This document shows, in pieces, positions 57,489 to 64,000 of a stretch of 64,000 nucleotides of DNA. The notes under the pieces were generated by a model that was given only the letters and a program-made list of their open reading frames with translations, did no database searches and was not told the origin of the DNA. Positions within the stretch are counted from its first letter, which is position 1. Every line of letters starts with the position of its first letter. This DNA comes from Spirochaetia bacterium. GTDB lineage: Bacteria; Spirochaetota; Spirochaetia; CADAEX01. Position numbers and translations under genes: made by a program. Where the stretch lies: NCBI GenBank assembly GCA_963662265.2, contig CAXXHA010000001.1, positions 32,001 to 96,000 on the forward strand. Reading direction: 5' to 3'.

Positions 57489-58658
57489 ATGGAGAGCAGA
57501 ATACCTGATATTGCAGCTGATCTTCCAGAACTTGAATCCCGGATAAATGAACTGAGGGAAACTCTTCTTGCAAATCTTGTAATGATCAGCGAAATACCTG
57601 CACCTACATTCAACGAAAGGGAAAGAGTTGAATTTATACTCGACAAATTCACAGAAAGCAACCTGCAGAATACTTCAACAGATGAAACAGGCAACGCGCT
57701 GGGGCTTCTGCCCGGAACAGAGGGGGATAAGAATATACTTCTTGTTTCACACCTTGACACCCTCTTCAGTGAAAAGATTGACCACTCGGTAAGTGTTGAA
57801 TCAGACCGAATAACTGGGGCCGGAATAGGCCACAATGCTGTGGGGCTTGCAACACTGACAGTTCTACCAATGATTCTTGAAAAACTGGATATCAAGCTGA
57901 AATCAAACCTTATCCTGATGGGATCGGCAAGAAGCCTTGGCAAGGGCAGCATAGGAGGAATAAGGTTTTTTCTTTCAAACACAAAATACCCGATTAAAGC
58001 GGGAATATGTGTCGATGGAGTCAAACTCGGAAAAATAAGCCACAGTTCAGTAGGTATGATGAGGTTTGAGATTACCTATCATCTGCCTGAAGACTATGAC
58101 TGGAAGAGGTTCGGTACAATCGGGGCTATTCCGACTTTAAGCGAGATAGTAACACAGATACAGCAGATCCCTATCCCGAGCAAGCCGAGGACAACCATAA
58201 TTCTTGGATCAATGGAATGCGGAACTGCATTCAACACAATACCTACAGAAGGTGTTCTGAGGTTTGAAATCAGAAGTGAATCGGAAGAAATGGTAAACAA
58301 CCTTAAATACAGGATACAGAATATTGTTGCTGAAGTTTCCTCATTTTACGGAATTGATATTGCATTGAATATTATTGCACAGAGAAAACCCGGAGGCATT
58401 CCCTTTTCCCACCCTCTTACAAACTGTGCCAGAAACATGCTCAGGCACCTTGATATAAAAAGCTGGATACAGCCTGATACATCTGAGCTGTCAGCCTTCA
58501 GCGACCGGGGAATACCTGCAATAACCATAGGAATGACAAGAGGCATGAGAAAAGACAAGATATATGAACATGTTGATATTTCTCTGATTACAAAAGGGCT
58601 TATACAGCTGATTGGAATAATTGTATCAATTGACAGGGGGTACTGCGATGAATCCTGA
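57489..58658 (+). CDS. M20/M28-family peptidase-like protein
   Basis: IPAPTFNE, SHLDT, GAGIG, FNTIP, FEIRS; several metal-ligand positions look degenerate. Confidence 0.75.
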   Translation: MESRIPDIAADLPELESRINELRETLLANLVMISEIPAPTFNERERVEFILDKFTESNLQNTSTDETGNALGLLPGTEGDKNILLVSHLDTLFSEKIDHSVSVESDRITGAGIGHNAVGLATLTVLPMILEKLDIKLKSNLILMGSARSLGKGSIGGIRFFLSNTKYPIKAGICVDGVKLGKISHSSVGMMRFEITYHLPEDYDWKRFGTIGAIPTLSEIVTQIQQIPIPSKPRTTIILGSMECGTAFNTIPTEGVLRFEIRSESEEMVNNLKYRIQNIVAEVSSFYGIDIALNIIAQRKPGGIPFSHPLTNCARNMLRHLDIKSWIQPDTSELSAFSDRGIPAITIGMTRGMRKDKIYEHVDISLITKGLIQLIGIIVSIDRGYCDES

Positions 58659-59625
58659 TAAATGGCTGCAAAACAATACTTTTCATCATTCGGAATTTGT
58701 AGACCTGAAAGCCCTTGTTAAGGAAAAAGAGAAAAAAGGTCTTAAGATATCCCTTTGTATTCCCACCCTGAATGAGGAAAAAACAATAGGCAAGGAAATA
58801 ATTATTTTCAAATCAGAACTGATGACACGTGTTCCCCTGCTTGATGAAATCGCAGTAATAGATTCAGGTTCAGAAGACAAAACACTTGAAACAGCTGCAT
58901 CATTCGGAGCTGACACTTACCTGGCATCGGATATTCTTCCTGATCTGGAGCCGAAGAGGGGAAAAGGAGAAAATCTCTGGAAAGCAATTTACCAGCTTAA
59001 AGGGGATATAATAGTCTATATTGATGCGGATATAAAAAACATCCATTCAAGATTTGTATACGGCCTTGTAGCGCCTCTCATCTACAAGGATGAGGTAAAA
59101 TATGTGAAAGCGTTTTATGACCGTCCGCTTGCTTTTTCCGACGGGATAAGACCGTCAGGAGGTGGGCGCGTAACAGAGATACTCATAAGGCCGCTTTTTT
59201 CACTTTTCTATCCCGCGCTCACTCCGATTATCCAGCCTCTCTCAGGAGAATACGCGGTAAAAAGAGATGTGCTTGAAAAAATACCATTCCCGATAGGCTA
59301 CGGGGTTGAAACATCCCATCTTCTCGATGTCTATAAACAATGGGGGCTTGAGGCATTTGCTCAGACAGACCTTGACCAGAGGGTGCACAGAAACCAGCCG
59401 ACCAGAGACCTCGGAAAAATGGCATTCGGCATTCTCCAGGCATTTCTGAAAAGAGCAGAAGCGCATGAGCTTATTACACTGAAAGACCACTATGCTCACA
59501 TCCTGCGGCAGTACCAGGCGCATAACAACAACTACGAATCAATTGAAATTCACATCAGGGAGGAGGAACGTCCCCCCATGATTGAAATTCCTGAATACAG
59601 GAAAAAATACAAAATAAAGGATTAA
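58648..59625 (+). CDS. gpgS: Glucosyl-3-phosphoglycerate synthase
   Basis: PTLNEEKTIG, GKGENLW, IDAD, VKAFYDRP, GGGRVTE, QPLSGEYA, GYGVE, HRNQ. Confidence 0.88.
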   Translation: MNPDKWLQNNTFHHSEFVDLKALVKEKEKKGLKISLCIPTLNEEKTIGKEIIIFKSELMTRVPLLDEIAVIDSGSEDKTLETAASFGADTYLASDILPDLEPKRGKGENLWKAIYQLKGDIIVYIDADIKNIHSRFVYGLVAPLIYKDEVKYVKAFYDRPLAFSDGIRPSGGGRVTEILIRPLFSLFYPALTPIIQPLSGEYAVKRDVLEKIPFPIGYGVETSHLLDVYKQWGLEAFAQTDLDQRVHRNQPTRDLGKMAFGILQAFLKRAEAHELITLKDHYAHILRQYQAHNNNYESIEIHIREEERPPMIEIPEYRKKYKIKD

Positions 59626-59652
59626 AAAAACGGCTCCCTGAAGGAGCCGTTT
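59624..59652. terminator. Bidirectional terminator between convergent gpgS and PEPCK
   Basis: AAACGGCTCC-CTGAA-GGAGCCGTTT. Confidence 0.75.
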
Positions 59653-59671
59653 AATTAAACACATATCTGAA

Positions 59672-62600
59672 TTATTCTTCCATACCGTAAACAGGATCAA
59701 GCCCGATAGTACCTTCGAGAAATTTAAGATACTTGTCAGATTTTACCTCTTTGAGCTGGGCTTTGCATTTCTTAAGCCTTTCATCTATACAAAGCTTAAC
59801 AGCAAGTTCACTGTTTATTTTATTTGACATGAATTTTTCAAGATAACTGATAATCTTCTTGTAGTGGGCTATATCCCTGTTCTGTTTTTTCCTGAGTCTC
59901 TCTTTATACCAGTCGCTGCCAAGGACATAGTCCCTGTCAAACAGTTTCCTGATTTCTGGATCATGAATATCCTTTCCTTCATAACTGTCATTAGCCATAA
60001 TATGAAGAAGAGCCTTCAGCGGAGGTATGGCACCTTCGACACTGCCGTCTTCAAAATAAATTTTGGAAACTCTCTTCTGGGCATCAAGAATCTCATTCAT
60101 ACCTTCGATAAAACCGTCAATATCCTGTCTTTCCGGTCTGAGCATATCCTTGTTGAAAACAGCAAGAGGCTCATCAAAAATCCTACCAAGATAATTGAAA
60201 AGGAAATTTTCAGTAATTCTGTATCCAAGCCTGCTTGTAAGTACTTTCTTTCCGTTCCATTCCATATCTTCAACTTTTTCGAGAGAACCTTCTTTTATGA
60301 GTTTCGCAGGTTCTCTTTCTTCAGGCTTCAGACGGCTCCATATTTCCGGAATAAGAATACTTATATCATGGTCAAACCTTGTCTGGCTTCCTACCCATCC
60401 TGCAACAGATGTGTAGCCTGAATACCCTGTAAGAATAAATGAGAGAAGTGCGTTGTTGAGATCTGTAACCGGAGAAAGCATATTGAAAGGCCCCTTTGTA
60501 AGAGCACCTTCGCTTCCTGCCCCTGTTGTAGATGGGGACTTCCCTGAAAGGCTGCAGATAAAATCCATGAAAAGTTCAGGAAGTTCCTGATAATGGACAG
60601 GATTATATACACTCAACCCCTTGATACCTTTCTTCTTGTCAGGAGGGTTGTTTCTTCTTGACGGGAGTACAGCATCAACCGGAACATAACACGGCTGATC
60701 AAGAGGAATTTTCTTGTAGAGCCTCTGTCCTATTTCACCCCTGTAATAGAGTTCCGGATCTGTAAGGTCAGGCCTTGTCTGGAGATACCTGGGGTTTGTA
60801 CTTCGTCCGCTTGGAAGAACCCGCGGGTGGGAAGGTGCAATAAACCATGTACCCTCTTCAGCACTTGCTCCCTCTTTTATTATATCTTTGATAGGTTCTG
60901 TATATTCTTCAAAACTTATTGCGCTTTCAATAAGTTCCTTTGCGTTATCCCTGGTAAGAGGTTCATAGTTTGATATGAAGTTATTATTTCCCGCAAGGTC
61001 CTGTTCAGCTTCAATATCATAACCTCTGTGAATAGCTTCATCAGGTCTCTGGAAAAGTCTGAATTCACAGTTTTTAATCATCTTGACACTGTTTTCATAT
61101 TTCCCTGAAAGGCCTTTAAGCTTGTCAGCTCCAAGAGTAACAGATACAGAAATGTCATCCTCCTGCTGAAGTTTTTCAGATGCAATAAAGTCTGTCCTTA
61201 GTTTATGGATATACCACATATCATCCGGCGCAAAACCTACCCTAAGGTAACTTGCAGTAATTTTTCTTCCGTTGAAATGAAGAGCATTACCTTCCTTGCC
61301 GTTTATGATTCTAACAGAAAAATACTTTCTCCATTCATTACCCCATTCCGGCCTGTAGAACCGCTTGATGTAAAGGGCAAGCGCCTTTATCCGGTTTGGA
61401 TATGAGTTAAGGAAAGCATTATATTCCTTTGTATAAAGCACAGAGGGGGTGAGAAGCTTGATAACAGAGCCTACAGATCTCCTGGGACTCAGGAAAGGTC
61501 TCGAAGGCCTTGTTCTGTCTTTGTCTTTTTCCCACCTGTTTTTATAATCAAAGTTTATGATTTTCTCAACAAGATCAAAATCTTCCTTCAGATTATTTAT
61601 ATAGAAAGTATCATAAATCACAGAGTTAAGAAGGGATTTTGAAATTTCAGACTTTCCGCCTCCCGATACAGTAAACGGCTTATGACAGAAAGTACCAAGC
61701 GGATGTGTACCAATAAGTCTCCATACAGGAGCTGCAGGATGCTTCTGCATATGCACCTTGCTTCCGTCAGGAAGAATATATCTCTTTTCAGGAAGAAGTT
61801 TTATTGATTTCTCCTCCCCGTTGTATTCCCAGATTATTTTCTGCTTGTAGAGACTTACATCTGATTTTTCAGGGATATAAATGACATTAGGATATTTTTT
61901 ATCAACACCGTAATTGTCGGGATGTATATCCATGATATCGCCGTACATCTTCTTTACTTCTTCGAAAGAATACCCTTTTGCCTCTGCATAGTACTGCTCG
62001 CCAAGACTCCTTCGGGGAAATACCAAGGCGCCTCCTGCATGCTCCTCTTCTGCAAGGCCGAGGAGGTTTGCTGCAAATGAAATCTGGGTTTTAACCTCTT
62101 TCTTACTGTATCCAAAATAGTTATCACCAATAATTGTAACAACGACACCGTCGGAATTTCTGCATGTAATCTTGAAAGGAACCCCGTCATTATAAAGTTC
62201 AGCGTCATCTTTCCAGCACATGCCGTCTTTTCGCTCTCGTGCTGTTGCATCATCATAATGGGGAAGACCAAGTTCTTTCTTGGTAAGGCTTCCGGTAATA
62301 TGCGGAGCAAGAATAATACAGCCGGTATGCCCGCTCCATCTGTCAACATCGAGAGCAGAATCATTCTCAACAAGTCCAGGATCACCGGCATTGCCGAAAA
62401 TTGATTCAACAAAATCAATATTACTTATAAGGGAAGATGGAGCAAAATACCTGATCTCCATTCTCTTCTCAGACATGACACCGGGGACTTCCGGGGAAAC
62501 AAGCGGTTTCATATAAACCGAAGTAAAAAGTTGAGCCTTCTCTTCCTGCGAAGAAGTGAATGGAAGAGTCATAAGTTCATCCGGCGGATTACATGCCGCC

Positions 62601-63160
62601 TTGAGAAGCCTTGCAAAAGCAATTCTTGGAACCTCTTTCTTGTCTGCCGGAACAGGAAGCCCGTCAGCAACAATATGGAATGTCCCTATAGTAGTTCTTC
62701 TGTCATGACGGGGATTATGAAGAACCCCCTGTTTTATTCTGTATGATTCAATGTACGGATTTATAAATTCATTACGGTCAGGAGGAAGACTCATCTGCCT
62801 TGCAAGACCATATCTGTCAAGAACAAACGTACCGGAAGGAATATTTACAATTTCCTCCCCTATTCCGTCAAAATACCTTTTTAGAAAACTGTTGATTCTC
62901 TTGTCTGCAGCGCAGAGATAATCTGATAAAAGACGGTTTCTTTCGCTGTAGTTCTGAATCAGGTTTCCTGCTATGTCGATAAAGTTTTTGGTTGAAATTT
63001 CACCAGTTCCGTTGTCACCGACTCCATGGTCTGGTTTCAGGCTGTAAAAATAGGGTTTACCCATAGATGCCAGCTTGAAGTTAATATACTGGAGCTGGTT
63101 GTTGTCGGAGAGAAACTCCACCAGATCCCTACCAGGAATTTTATCCATAAAAAACCTCAC
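59672..63160 (-). CDS. Probable PPi-dependent phosphoenolpyruvate carboxykinase (PEP carboxytransphosphorylase)
   Basis: ~1160 aa; QGVLHNP..DRRTT.GTFH, DNYFGY.KKEVKTQIS, EEEHAGGA, CHKP.TVSGGGKSEISK, GKSPSTTGAGSEGALTKGPFN. Confidence 0.8.
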   Translation of the reverse strand: MRFFMDKIPGRDLVEFLSDNNQLQYINFKLASMGKPYFYSLKPDHGVGDNGTGEISTKNFIDIAGNLIQNYSERNRLLSDYLCAADKRINSFLKRYFDGIGEEIVNIPSGTFVLDRYGLARQMSLPPDRNEFINPYIESYRIKQGVLHNPRHDRRTTIGTFHIVADGLPVPADKKEVPRIAFARLLKAACNPPDELMTLPFTSSQEEKAQLFTSVYMKPLVSPEVPGVMSEKRMEIRYFAPSSLISNIDFVESIFGNAGDPGLVENDSALDVDRWSGHTGCIILAPHITGSLTKKELGLPHYDDATARERKDGMCWKDDAELYNDGVPFKITCRNSDGVVVTIIGDNYFGYSKKEVKTQISFAANLLGLAEEEHAGGALVFPRRSLGEQYYAEAKGYSFEEVKKMYGDIMDIHPDNYGVDKKYPNVIYIPEKSDVSLYKQKIIWEYNGEEKSIKLLPEKRYILPDGSKVHMQKHPAAPVWRLIGTHPLGTFCHKPFTVSGGGKSEISKSLLNSVIYDTFYINNLKEDFDLVEKIINFDYKNRWEKDKDRTRPSRPFLSPRRSVGSVIKLLTPSVLYTKEYNAFLNSYPNRIKALALYIKRFYRPEWGNEWRKYFSVRIINGKEGNALHFNGRKITASYLRVGFAPDDMWYIHKLRTDFIASEKLQQEDDISVSVTLGADKLKGLSGKYENSVKMIKNCEFRLFQRPDEAIHRGYDIEAEQDLAGNNNFISNYEPLTRDNAKELIESAISFEEYTEPIKDIIKEGASAEEGTWFIAPSHPRVLPSGRSTNPRYLQTRPDLTDPELYYRGEIGQRLYKKIPLDQPCYVPVDAVLPSRRNNPPDKKKGIKGLSVYNPVHYQELPELFMDFICSLSGKSPSTTGAGSEGALTKGPFNMLSPVTDLNNALLSFILTGYSGYTSVAGWVGSQTRFDHDISILIPEIWSRLKPEEREPAKLIKEGSLEKVEDMEWNGKKVLTSRLGYRITENFLFNYLGRIFDEPLAVFNKDMLRPERQDIDGFIEGMNEILDAQKRVSKIYFEDGSVEGAIPPLKALLHIMANDSYEGKDIHDPEIRKLFDRDYVLGSDWYKERLRKKQNRDIAHYKKIISYLEKFMSNKINSELAVKLCIDERLKKCKAQLKEVKSDKYLKFLEGTIGLDPVYGMEE

Positions 63161-63273
63161 ATAATTTATATTTCACACCTTTCATAAAAATTAATAGCAA
63201 AAATCAAAGAAAGATTAAACACTTTTGTCTGACAATCACCATGTTTTATTTTTTTTTGTTATATAATAATTAT

Positions 63274-63582
63274 ATGACACCTGACCGTAAATTATATAAA
63301 CTAATTCATAATTCTGACAGGATAACAACAGAGCGAATTCTCAACTCAACAGATGATAAAGAGATAGCAGTTTCTGTTATTTATTTTTCAGATTTTGAAA
63401 GGGGAATTCTCTTATCCTACCTTGCTCCCGGCAAGAAAGAGAGGGTAATTGATGAGATCAGGAGGTCTCCCGAAATAAAATACAGCACATACAAGCTGAT
63501 TATAGAAAAGCTTATCAGGGCACTGGAATCGGGAAAACAGAATAAACCGGAACAAGGATATTTCAGACCCTCAGGCAGATAA
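63274..63582 (+). CDS. Small protein resembling a FliG C-terminal domain
   Basis: ERILNSTDDKEIAVS...LLSYLAPGKKERVIDEI pattern; start uncertain. Confidence 0.5.
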   Translation: MTPDRKLYKLIHNSDRITTERILNSTDDKEIAVSVIYFSDFERGILLSYLAPGKKERVIDEIRRSPEIKYSTYKLIIEKLIRALESGKQNKPEQGYFRPSGR

Positions 63583-63661
63583 AAAAATACAGTCATATAA
63601 AATTATTTGCAGAACCGTCAGTAACAACACCGGAACTTAACCTTTTTTCAAAATATAACAA

Positions 63662-63949
63662 TCAGGTCACCGGATTGTATTTTACCCCCTCTCGCGGCAA
63701 AGCCATCATATCTTCAACTGTTTCCCGCCACTTAAGATAATGGGAAGTCTTTTTATGAGCTGCAACTGCTTCATCAGATTTATAAACTTCATAAAGAATA
63801 AATTCACTGCTGTTTTCAATTTCCTGAGAAAGATCAAACTGGATATTCCCCTCTTCTTTCCTCGTCCCTTCCCTGTTCAGGAGAGATGCTTTGATAAACG
63901 CATCTTCAAAACCGTTCTTTACATGTATTTTTACAAGATATACAACCAT
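63662..63949 (-). CDS. ABM/LsrG-like putative quinol monooxygenase
   Basis: TRKEEGNIQFD, FILYEVY, AHKKTSHYLKWRETV; AGGAG RBS. Confidence 0.8.
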   Translation of the reverse strand: MVVYLVKIHVKNGFEDAFIKASLLNREGTRKEEGNIQFDLSQEIENSSEFILYEVYKSDEAVAAHKKTSHYLKWRETVEDMMALPREGVKYNPVT

Positions 63950-64000
63950 TCACTTCTCCTTATTATAATTATAGTCCAATTCCGACAGCTTTCAACTTCG

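Noticed and set aside
123-62746. Numerous short ORFs antisense to or overlapping the called genes (e.g. 51704-52474, 57485-58024, 59864-60421)
   Set aside because: Shadows of well-supported genes on the other strand or frame; no RBS or recognisable motifs.
1-64000. CRISPR arrays, tRNA/rRNA, transposases, integrases
   Set aside because: None recognised by eye; no att-like direct repeats noticed at the island's right edge.

Overview
Bacterial chromosome segment, most likely from an anaerobic spirochete: it carries a flagellar-collar flcA gene, a PPi-type PEPCK and a spirochete-type CBM48 protein. About 1-48.4 kb is a dense, almost entirely minus-strand iron/heme acquisition island. It holds two IrtAB/YbtPQ-like ABC pairs with TetR regulators and methyltransferases, an MMPL and a LolA-like protein, and exbB-exbD-tonB. 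It has two TonB-dependent receptors, one linked to YejABEF and one to a HutW radical SAM + ECF + flavodoxin heme operon, plus chaN, a MATE pump, an HD-GYP/DUF2023-DUF2325/flavodoxin operon, an extended feoAAB system with several exported proteins predicted to start with His after signal cleavage, and a flavinylated FMN-binding protein. Ten island promoter regions carry a DtxR/MntR-type palindrome (TTAG-N6-CTAA), most with a weaker partner site exactly 19 bp away. An eleventh copy lies outside the island, in front of a ~170-nt, highly structured, terminated unit with no substantial ORF (52513-52686) and exposed anti-Shine-Dalgarno/anti-start-codon segments. This is a candidate iron-sparing sRNA and the most novel item found. 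The rest is housekeeping: coaX-pdxS-pdxT behind a two-hairpin pan RNA motif, galE with an apparent ATC start, an M20 peptidase, gpgS and PPi-PEPCK. Several island genes have single-base frameshifts in short homopolymers, probably sequencing errors. All assignments are by eye from motifs; no database searches were run.
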